Below, in pieces: positions 52,466-64,000 of a stretch of 64,000 bases of DNA. A program made the position numbers and the translations under genes. Below the pieces are notes generated by a model, which did not search any database, was not told the DNA's origin, and was given only the letters and a program-made list of their open reading frames with translations. The DNA comes from Octopus vulgaris (Eukaryota), in assembly GCA_951406725.2 (NCBI GenBank), contig OX597837.1, positions 17,298,001 to 17,362,000 of the forward strand, written 5' to 3'. Every line of letters begins with the position of its first letter. Positions within the stretch are counted from its first letter, which is position 1.

Positions 52466-52969
52466 TGCATTTAATTAATTCTAGTTGTATCTAAATGTAC
52501 ACATTGGGAAGTGTTTTTTTTGTGAATCATTTTATTTACTGACCCTGAAAGGATGAAAGGCAAAGATGACCTTGGTGATATTTGAACTCAGAGCACAGTG
52601 AATTGGAAAGATTAATGCAAAGCAATTTAGCCAATGCATTAATGACTGCTAATTAGCTGCCTTTCATCATACTTATTGCAGAGTAAATCTATTTTGGGTC
52701 AAATCTGAGATCTTTCATACAAAACCATGAACTACAAGCATCTTGACCACATGAGCCTTTCTCTCTCATAACCATCCAGCCATGTTCTTCATGCTTTTTA
52801 GTTCCTGATCTGACCTCACCTGCTCCATTACTGAGTCTACAAGTTTTTAATTGGATTAAGAAATTTCATCTGAGTTATTTGTGACATCCCCGATTTTGGC
52901 ACATCCTAATTTATTGAGTGCATAGAGCCAACCTCGGTCGTATGTTTGAGTGTGTGTGTGGGGGAGTTA

Positions 52970-53480
52970 TTGCCATGGTGATGGTGTTGGTGGTGTTGAT
53001 GGTGATATTGTTACTATTGAGTGATGGTGATGGTGGTTGTGATATTGATAAAATGGTAGAAAGGGTGGTAGTGATATTGTAAGAAAAGTTTGTGGTGACA
53101 TAGGTGTTGTAGGGGTGGTTGTAATGGAGGAAATATTGTTGTGGTAGGTGTTGTTGTTGTACTTGTGCTATTGTTGTGGTAATACTTATAATGGTAATGG
53201 TGATGTGATGTAATAATAAGAGTGGTACTGGTGATATGACGATGTTAGAAAGCTGGGGTGTTAGTAGAAGTGGTGATATTGTTGCGGAAGCACAGGTAGT
53301 TGTACAGGTTGTGATATTGTTTTATTTACAAGTGTGGTGGTGATGATGATGTAATATATGTGGTGGTGATATTATTGTGGTAATAGCAGGTGTGGTATGA
53401 GTAGATAGACATGATGGTGTTGGTGGCGACAGCAGCAGTGGTGGTGATAGTGGTGATGGTGGTAGTGTGAGTAAATATGT
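52970..53480. repeat. Degenerate (GGT/GAT/GTT)n low-complexity tract
   Basis: G/T-rich cryptic trinucleotide repeat. Confidence 0.8.
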
Positions 53481-54202
53481 TGTATTAAGTTCTTACTAGA
53501 TAATTAACAAATACATTAGTTCTGGTATGTGTAGCGTACTGGTAGTGATAAGATAAGACGATAAGACACACATCTATTAAGGTTGTTACTGTGGAATGTG
53601 GAATACTGTTGCTGGTGATGATGATAATTATAATGATTATGATGTGGGTGGGGGAGCGGCGACAAACACACTTGTATGTATGCACACATAAATATACACA
53701 CACACACTTACGTGAATACACACATAAATACATACACACACACACACACACATGCTCGTGTATATTATACTTGCATATGGCTTAGTGATTAGGGTATTTG
53801 GCTCACAATTGTAAAGTGATAAGTTTGATTCCTGGCAACGTGTTGCGCCCCTGAGCAAGACACTTTATTTCATGTTGCTCCAGTCCACTCAGGTGACAAA
53901 AATGAGTAGTTCTTGTATTTCAAAGGGCCAGCCTTGTCACATTCTCATCACATTCTGTGTCATGCTCAATCTCCCAGAGAACTATGTTAAGGGTACACAA
54001 GATGTCTGTGGAGTGCTCAGTCACTTACAGGTTAATTTTACAAGCAGGCTATTCCGTTGTTTGCATCACCTGCAAGCTTCCTCATCACTTGCTATATTAA
54101 TTTTTCTCAAATATATACATGTAATATAATTTCCCATTCAGTTCACTGCTGCCCTCTTTATCTTGCTCTGTATGTACGTATTTGTGTATATACATGTTTA
54201 TA

Positions 54203-54536
<334 letters not shown>

Positions 54537-54538
<2 letters not shown>

Positions 54539-55845
54539 GCTGTCTAACACAGCTCTTACACCATATTGAAGATGTACTCAAAGCCTTGGGAACAGGTTCG
54601 AACTCTGATGTCATATATCTTGACTTCAGTAAAACGTAGACCATAATATCCTACTCTCAAAATTGGCAAATGTTGGAATCCGTGGAAAAGTTCTACACTG
54701 GATCAAGTATTTCCTGGCAAATAGAACACAACATGTTGTAGTTGATGGAGTCCACTCAAGCCCAGCAAAAGTCACCAGCGGTGTCCCCCAGGGGACTGTC
54801 TTGGGTCCGCTACTCTTCATAATTTACATAAACGACCTTTCCAGTGTCGTACATTGCTGAAAAGTGAAAATATTTGCTGATGACACTAAGCTCCAGCAAA
54901 TCGTCAATGAAGAAGCAGTCCGAACTCAACTCCAGTCTGATCTATATGCTGTGAGTCAATGGGCAGACAGAAACAAGATGCAACTGAACAAGGGAAAATT
55001 TGAGCTGATGCATTTTGGAAGAAATTCCTCACTAAAACAGCCATACTCTCTTCCTTCAGGGGAACTGCTCATAGCCTCTAATAATATCAGAGACCTGGGT
55101 GTAATTGTTGATGACGATCTCAGTTGGAGTGCATACATCAACAAGAAGGTTGATATAGCTTGTAGGATGAGTTCCTGGATCTTAAGAACTTTCCGGTCCA
55201 GAGAACAAGGTGTCATCATACCACTTTTCTCCTCCTTTGTACGGCCACACCTCGAATACTGCTGCCCACTGTGGTCTCCTCATACAAGACAAAACATCTC
55301 GAGGATTGAATCACCCCAGAGGGAACTCACTAAACGAATTGAAGGCATGGCTGCTCTCGATTATTGGGATCCCCTTAAAGCCTTGAAACTCTACTCTCTC
55401 CAGCGTCGCCGTGAGCAGTACATCATTTGTATGATGTGGAGAATATACTGCCAACTTTGCCCAAACGACCTGAACATTAGCTTCAAGGTTCATCCAAGAC
55501 TGGGACCACAGGCCATACATCTTCTGCCCAATTCCAGATCACAGCATACATGTACACTGCAACATAATTTATTTTCCTCAACAGGCACTGCCCTATTTAA
55601 CATTGTCCCGAAAGGGATCAAAGAGGAAAAGGATCCCATCAACTTTAAATGGAGTCTGGATAGATTCCTTCAAGGAATACCAGATAAGCCACCCATAATT
55701 GGATACAACTCACCCAACAAAAACTTACTACTTGAATGGACCATAAACAAAACTTGACTTAAACAGGATTCAAATAATCCTATCAGGTGGTGCTATTAAA
55801 TTAGACATGGCCTGGACCAATCTTTGGTCGAAACATATCTAAGTT
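54537..55845 (+). mobile_element. 5'-truncated CR1-like LINE (RT 3' half)
   Basis: SCLTQLL...[58 protein letters not shown]; 3' stem-loop GACCAATCTTTGGTC. Confidence 0.92.
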
Positions 55846-56359
55846 TATATATATATGTATGTATGTGTGTATGTATACGTGTATGTATGTACACAGACAC
55901 ACATATATAGATTTCTTGACCTGATTTTTAAAGATTTTTAGCCACTACTTTCAACAGAAGTAAGTTTATTACAGAATGGAAAGAAAATGATGAACCTTCT
56001 ATGCTACATATCTATCTATTACTGTTCTTGTGAAATGTTATATATTTAACTATCGCTGTTTTTATTTCAGTTTCTTCCCCTGCTAACATATTTGGAATCG
56101 ATCAGCTGGGGAATCATCAGACAGAAATTTACTACACCAAGAGGCTCTCACAAACATCCCAATTATGAAAATGTTAAATTCACTAAAATTATTGTCTACA
56201 TATACATTAGTTATCAAAATTTTCTGTCTATGGTTTTTCTATATAATGTTGAATGCAGAAATAAAAACAGTTAAAATGTGTGTATGACAATCTATTAAAT
56301 GTTTCTCATATTACTATAATGAATCACCTTCTTTTACCTAACTGTTTCTTGAATTACAC

Positions 56360-56998
56360 CTATATTACTTGCGTGTAGACAGCCATGCTACACAGTAGCA
56401 GAACATGGAGTGTGATTGCAGAGGATATGCAAAGGCTTGAAAGAAATGAAGCTAGTATGCTTTGCTGGATGTGCAATGTTAGTGTGCGTGTACAACAGAG
56501 TGTATTAGTGTCTTGAGAGAAAAAAGGGCATAAGATGGTGTCAGATGTGGTGTGCGAGAGAGAAGACTGCTCTGGTAAGGTCATGTGATGTGTATGGATG
56601 AGAACAGCGATCATTAAATGTGGAGGGAACCTGTGGAAGAGGAAGATCCAGGAAGACATAGAACAAGGTGGCAAAGCATGATCTTCAGATGTTGGGTCTC
56701 ATGGAGGTGATGACAAATGATTGAAGCCTTTGTTGGGGTTGCTGTACTTGAGACGACTCGTCAGGCCAAGTGAAATCATGGACAGTGCCAGTGACATATA
56801 AAAGACACCTGTGACAGTGACACGTAAAAGGTACCCACTATACTCTTGGAGTGGTTAGCATTAGGAAGGACATCCAACTGTAAAACCAGGCTAAAATCAG
56901 ACTGGAGCCTGGTACAGCTCTCCAGCTTACCAGTTCCAGTCAAACCATCTAACCCATGTCAGCTCGGAAAACATGCTAAGTGAGGATAATGATGATGA
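56360..56998 (+). mobile_element. Old RTE 3' fragment with (GAT)n tail
   Basis: Homologous to 4050-5181. Further old pieces at about 58590-58990 and 59680-59860. Confidence 0.8.
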
Positions 56999-57309
56999 TT
57001 TCAATGAAACAAAGTACTACCTTATTTTAGGTGTAAAGCACTAGTATATATCTGCATGCACGCACACACACCCACACACCCAATTATGAGGAAAGAGAAT
57101 GATTAAATTTCTCTTCTAAGATAATTTATTCTTTTGTTTCTATGAGGCTTGAGTTTTTCTTTCTATTACTCTTTCTTCATGACTATATGTTCAATGCATC
57201 TCCCAAGATAATGTCTTCTTTCATTGCTACAAGATCCATAGCTCACCTTGAAACTCAGGTTTAGTTCTCAAATGAAGTCTCCTGCAACATTTGAGCTGTG
57301 TCTTATATA

Positions 57310-58550
57310 TGAGGGTCAGCTGAAAAGTTCTTAGGCTGACCAAGATATTCTCATGGAATGTGACCAAATGCAGTTTAGTTTACAACATAGACCTCCTTAC
57401 AATCCACAGACTTCTTCCATTGGTGTTGCAGTGCTTGGATCTCACTGGTGAAGAAGCTTTCATCCTGTTGGTCAAAAAAGTCATGATATGATCTCATCAT
57501 CACTGTGATACTGGTTCCCACCCAAGTGTTTTTCCTGCTGGGGAACAGATGATAGTCAGATGGGACCAAATCAGAAGAATAGGGAGGCTGATCAACCAGT
57601 TAAAGCCACAGTCGTGCACAGCAGTAATTGAAACCAAGGACTTGTGTGCTCAAGTATTGTCCTGATGAAACAAGACCCCTTTTGTCAGTTTTCCTTGGTG
57701 TTTTATCTTGATAGCCTTTCATAACTGCCTCAACAAGTTGGCATAATTACTCTCCACGGATGGTGTGGTCCTCTTGAAAATAGTCAATAAATACAATGCC
57801 TTTTGCATCCCCAAAATCTGAGGCTATCACCTTCCTTACCAAAGAAATGATCTTGGCCATTTTTGGAGCAGGTGAGGAGGGATGTTTTCACTGCATGGAT
57901 TGTTGTTTTGTCTCTGGCTCAAAGTGATAAAGCCAATACTCATCCTGGGTTAGGAAATGTTCAAGGAAAGCAGCCTGATTTGTCAGATTCTTCCCATAAT
58001 GTAATCAGCTTGGTGTGCTTTCGATCAGGTGCCAGAGGACATGATACCCACTGAGCAGAAACTTTCATCTTGCTAAGTTCATTGAGCAGAATATTCTCAA
58101 CTCTCTCACAGGATATGCTAATAACATTGGCTATTTGATTTGTAGTCAATCACCTGTCATCCATCAGCATGTGGTGAACACAATCTATGTTTTCTTCAAT
58201 GGTGGCAGTTGTAGGATATCCAGACCTTGGGTCATCTTCCAGACTCTCCCTTCTTCTCCTGTTCAGCTGTCCACTTTTACATTATTGATAAATCTGGAGC
58301 ATCATCCCCTAATATAGCAACTGTGTCAGTATGAATGACCTTAGGGGCTAAACCCGTTTTCTGCAGGTACTTGATAACAACATGATGCCAAATTTTGTCC
58401 ATTTTCAAGAGAAATCGTTACTAGTTACTTCTGAAGTTTTTCTGAACAGTCAAATGTCAATTTACCTGGAAAGAAACAATGCAGTTATTAATAAGAAGAA
58501 GAGGTGAAACCAATGCAGGCAAGATTTCAAAGCTCTAGCATCACTCCTAT
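57310..58550 (-). mobile_element. Decayed Mariner-type transposon
   Basis: KVSAQWV, YSSDLVPSDYHLFP and WKKSVDCKEVYV remnants; terminus GAGGGTCAGCTGAAAAGTTC after TA. Confidence 0.8.
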
Positions 58551-59858
58551 TGCTGTTGATGATGGAGATTTTTTACTTTAGAGTGAAGAGCAGATTATAT
58601 GATGCTTGTGTTAGAAATGCTATGCATGAATATGGAGGACACGAGAAGAGAGGAAAGAAATGAAGTGAGCATGTGCAATATAAGTGTGCATGGAAGACAG
58701 TAAAAAGGTGCTATGTGCAAAACTGGGCATAAGAGTATGTTCTCATAGTGTACAAGATAGAAGATTGTGCTGGTATGGACATGTAAAATGTATGGATGAG
58801 GAGAGCTGCCTAAAGAAATACTGATCACTAAAAGTGGATGGAAATTGCAGAAGAGAAAAACCCAAGAATACACTTGACCAAGTGGTGAAGGTTGATCTCA
58901 GGACCTTGACCCTTATGGAGGAGGTAAGAAAGGACCTGGAAGACTGGCAATAAACAGTTCTCAAGAACACCCATTCATGCCAGCATAACTGAGTTTCAGC
59001 AGGGTTGAGTGTGTGTGTGCGTGAGTGTGTGTGTGTGTGTGTGCACATGCGTGTGTGTGTGCATGTGTGTGCATGTGCATGAGCGTGTGTGCATATATGC
59101 ACAATTGCTCTTCACAATGCTTCACCACCCATCAACTCCTTCATTGCAATTCCTGCTTTGCACAACTTCACTTACTAACCAGAAGCACTTCGTTTATTAT
59201 CCATCATTCATCTATAAATTCTGATCTCCACCCACATTTTCCTTGATCCTACCCCAACTCTCACCATACTTTCACCCCTCTTATACACTATGCTTTCCTC
59301 TTACTATTCCCTGTCCACTCAGTAACCCACTCAACAGCATGTCAGTTCTCTTTCTTTGGCCCATTTACTGTATCATCATTTTTATTCTGCTGTCCAGCAG
59401 TAGATATCCTCTACTCTTCCCTCTCATTTCAGCCCTACTCATTCCTGCTGCTTTGTACCCTGAAGGTTCATTCTGACACTTTTTCCCCAATTTCAAGCTC
59501 CACACACCTCCTCTAAAATGTGAACAGTCATACAGCTCCTCTTCTACAAGAAAACTGCTTTGCTTTTAGCTCTTTTCTCTCGTTACATTACTCCTCTAAA
59601 CTCCCTATTTCTTAAGCAAAGAAGTTTCCTCTTCCCACTCAAGGTTCTTAGTCTTGCAAGCTACATGGTGACCTTAATAGTGCTTGTGGCATACAAAAAG
59701 CACCCAGTACACAGGCTGTAAAGTGGTTGGCTTTAGGAAAAGCATCCACACATATAAAGCATGCCAAATTAACACAGGAGCACAATGTAGTCCTTGGGCC
59801 CATCAAATCCTGTCAAACCCATGCCTGCATGGAACATGGATGTTAAATGATGATGATG

Positions 59859-59897
<39 letters not shown>

Positions 59898-61079
59898 GCC
59901 AAATGACTGCATCTACTATACATATATATTTATATATCTAAATTTTGTACAACTCTCTTATTCTTTCATTCTTTCTTTCTATCAGCCTCTTCACACTTAC
60001 TTCGTTCTTTCCACTCTTCTTTCTTTCATTCCCCCCCGCTCTCACATTTCCTGGCTTTCTCTTCATTCTCACATTCCCTCCTCTTTCACTTCACTCTCTC
60101 CCTTTCTTTTTTTCGTCCCTCCCTAATTCTTCTGTCCCTCTGCCTCTACCTGTCTTCTCTCTCCCCACGTGACTGGTGTTCGGCCAAGCCTGACCTTTCT
60201 TTCTTGGTTCGACTACCATCCATGCAACATCTATATTCCTCCCCATGCCTATCATCTCTTATAAGCCTGCTGTAAGGCTTCACTTTCACACACGCCAGCT
60301 TAATTTAATTCGTTCTCAGTTGAAAGACACCTGTTGTTATGTCCTGTTATTTGCATTTGTATTTGTGTACCATTTCTCCATTTTTTTCCCCGTCCTTGTT
60401 TTTGTATACATTTGCTGCTTTTTCCCAAAAAATCTAATGCTCTTAGCTTAGTTTTTCCTTGGGGCTAGCCATATTGGAGCAATATCAAGTATAACCAGCT
60501 GAAATTGTGAAGATAATGTGGAACTTGACTGAAGAAAGAAAACTTTGAATGACCCATCTGTGTTTTGTCTTGTCCCTCTTTTGTATCATTTGTCTGGATG
60601 TTTTGCATTCTTGTCCCATTTTTTGTATTCCTTGATATATATATATATATATTAGAAGTTTTGAGCTATTAATAACGCTATTGAGCGTTTTACTAAACTG
60701 TATGAAAATTACAACATTTTGGTTTTTATTGATGAATATTTGATTTTACCAATTGGAGATATTGTTGAAAAATGGACATGATGAAAGTTGTTAATGAGAA
60801 TATGAGGATGTAAATAAAAATGTCAAAAGGACAGGAAAATAAGAAAAATATATTTATCATCTCCCAAATATTTTACAGGTTTGATTTCTTTTAATATATA
60901 CGAGTGTGCTGTAAGTCAATGATTCACTCTTTATTCTACATTATGTTATTTTCTACAGTAAATGATCTTGCTAATTGCAGACATGTTAAATGCATACATG
61001 TATATGTATGCAAAGCTATCAAAATATATGCATATTTACACATGGACACATGAGCTTACAAACAGGTTACATACATGAG

Positions 61080-63330
61080 GATAAGATTATCATATTGGGC
61101 GATTTTCATGCTAGAGTTGGTAAAGATTTGAGACATGGGGTGTGGTTGGAAGACACGGAGTAGGAAATTGTAACAGCAATGGCTTAGTTTTGTTACAGAT
61201 GTGTTCTGAGCTGAATCTATTTATTATGAGCACTACATTTTAACAAAAAGGTAAGTTCAAAACTACATGGATGCACCCCAGTTCAAAACAATGGCACCTG
61301 ATAGACTATATGATAACTAGAAAGCGAGGTAAGAGAGATTTCTGTATAGTGAAGCATGCAGGATACTTGGTGGTGGAAGAAAGTAGAAGAGATAGAGGCT
61401 GCTTCCAATGTTAAGAACACTAAGTTATATACTCTCCTTCATGTCCTACTTTGGCTTATGTGAAGAATATAGGAATGGTGTTTTATTGAGGGAGCCCAAA
61501 GACATCTTAAAATGATGGGAGGAACATTTCAATGAACTTCTGAATCGACCATCAGTTGCTGGTGAAAAAAGTATTGATATGATTCCACAGAATGCACCCA
61601 TTGAGTGCTTAGATGACACCCCGTCAATGGAGGAAACAATAAAAGCAGTATCAAAGCTGAACAATGGCAAAGCACTGGGAGTTGATAGTCTGAATGTAGA
61701 ACTATTTAAGTTTTGGGGGTACTACTGCTAGACATGCCAACAGGAGTAATACAGAAAATATGGAAAAATGAAGTTATGCCAAAAAACTGGAAGGCTGCAG
61801 TCATGGAAGTTGTGTTCAAGGGTAAGAGACAAAAGGATGAATGCAATAACTTTCGTGGTATTTACCTGTTTGCTACAGCTGGCAAAGTTTTATCACGAAT
61901 AATGTTGGACCGGCTGCAGATATATGTGGCTAATGAGACTCTTGCTGAATCACAGAGTGGAGTCAGAAATGGAAGGAGTACTGTTGACATGATCATCTCT
62001 GCACAGTAATTACAGGAAAAGTGTGTTGAACAGCAAATAGGACTTTATCAGGTATTCATTGATCTTACTAAGGCTTTTGACTCTATCAATCGAACTGCCT
62101 TGTGGGAGATCTTGAGGAGACTTGGATGCCCAGTAAAGTTTCTTACTATTCTGAAGCAGTTTCATGATGGCATGGAAGTAAGGATCAACTTGGTGGAAAG
62201 CTCTCATAGTCTAACTCTGTCATGAATGAGGTAAAACAAAGTGACATACTAGTACCCACTCTCTTCACCCTCTATTTTACTATAGTTTTTCAATTGGCTT
62301 TCAAAGGCTCCTATGAAGGCAGATATATTAGATATCGCACAGCAGGAAAAATCTTTAACATCAGAAGACTGTCAGCTAAGTCAAGGACGTCCTCAACTCT
62401 TATTAGAGACCTCCTCTATGCAGATGATTGTGATATTATCACTCATACTGAGGAGGACATGCAAAATCTTATGAATGCAATTTCAATGGTTTGTGAGGCA
62501 CTTGGCTTAACCATAAATCTTACTAAAACTATTGTCATGTTTCAGCCAGCACCAGGAATGCCATACATAGAACATGATATCTTCATGTATAGAAGAAAAC
62601 TTGCTGTGGTTTCTAAGTTTGTTTACTTAGGGAGCACACTAAACACAAGAGTGAATCATGTCACTAAGCATCAGTGAATCACGTCACTATGCATTCAGAA
62701 AGTCAGTTTTGCGTTTGGCAAACTGGAAGATCACCTATGGTGTAGACATGGTATTTCCACTGCGACAAAGATTAAGGTATACAATACATGTACCTTAACC
62801 TCTTTATTGCATGCTTGCGAAACATGGACTGTGTATCGTAAGCACTTATGGAATGTTTTCATCAACAATGCCACAGAAGGATTTTGAGGATCAGCTGGAA
62901 AATGTTTGTGAGAGATGATGAGGTGCTTGAAAGAGGGAAAAGCTTCAGTACTGAAGCTTTGCTATTGCAGTACAGATTGAAATGGAGTAACACTTAGTCA
63001 GAATGACAAACAACAGACTGTCTAAACAACATTTTTACTGAGAATTTGTGACAGGTAAGTGTCCATCCCACAAACCAAAGATGAGGTACAAAGATTGTCA
63101 GAAGTTGGGACTGAATAAGATAAATGTTCCAATTGACAACTGGGAAGATTTAACACAGTGCTGAGAAAAATGAAAAAAGTTGTGTAAGAAGGCAAAAAGG
63201 AATATGAAAGGAAGAGAATGGAGCACGCAAAGATCAAAAGAAAGATGAGAAAAAGTGACAGGAATGATGTTCTAACAAGCATTAATGAACGTGATGACAC
63301 AGTGGAGATGATTTTCTCAAAGTGTTGAGT
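61080..63330 (+). mobile_element. Decayed RTE (BovB-like) LINE related to 31055-35088
   Basis: GDFHARVG, TTWMHP, NFRGIYL, DLTKAFD, DLLYADD, FVYLGS. Confidence 0.88.
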
Positions 63331-64000
63331 GTTATAACACCTAAAAGTCATAGACATGGACACTCACACCAATTGTAATTCATATTTGAATTTATCCTTA
63401 TGTATGCATTGTTTGAGCATACCAGTTGATGGTTTTTACACCATTTTACATATAGTCATGCACAGGCTATTCAATTTGCCTTTAGTTCAATTCAGGTGCA
63501 TGATGTTGATAAGCCACAAAATTGGTGAAACATCAATGTTCATCATTCCTGAATGAAACTTGGGGTGAGTTGTCTTGCCTGTCTATGACTATGACTTTTA
63601 GATCTTTTAACACCTACTGTTTTGAGAATTACAGCCAACCAGTAAACAAGCAAAGCACATATATTTTGTGTGTTCAGTAATGTTTACAACACTTGCACTG
63701 TTTGTAATTCATACTTGAATACATCATTCATCCACGGCAGTGGGCAAATTTTTTTTAGCAGTGATGGGCCAGGCTCCAGTTATACTTTGAGATCAGATAA
63801 TTAAAAATTGATTCATCATCATCATCATTTAATGGCTGCCTTCCATGCTGGCATGGGTGGGACTGATTCATTAACAAAAAAGTTAGGTCAAAAGTGGCAA
63901 GAAATATGCTACTTTAAAAGAAAACTATAGATTAATTGAATTTTTTACAATTCAATTAATCTATGGTTTTCTTTTAAAGTAACCAAGACAAATGTGCTCA

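Overview
This is AT-rich, microsatellite-dense, CpG-depleted animal genomic DNA. The SINE, RTE and R4 repeat repertoire resembles octopus/cephalopod genomes (inference). The only recognisable host coding sequence is one minus-strand exon of an SLC16/MCT-like MFS transporter (6414-6649), so most of the window is probably intronic or intergenic. The rest is a transposon graveyard: RTE LINEs (two types), R4/Dong, CR1, Penelope-like elements (PLEs), a Gypsy element, Mariners, a Chapaev3-like element, Helitron pieces, a hAT MITE and tRNA-derived SINEs. The main result is a set of non-coding fold-back elements carrying type I hammerhead ribozyme (HHR) motifs and sitting in AT/TA repeats. The clearest is a 420-bp GC-rich insertion (40496-40915, 13-bp target duplication). 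Its 151-bp near-perfect inverted arms enclose a complete canonical HHR (40693-40751). It is nested in a second HHR-bearing 1.9-kb palindromic element, which is itself nested in an older Penelope-like copy with inverted, HHR-like termini. An unrelated family with the same extension-arm-HHR-arm layout occurs twice at 696-2070. All structures were read by eye; no database search or folding computation was run.
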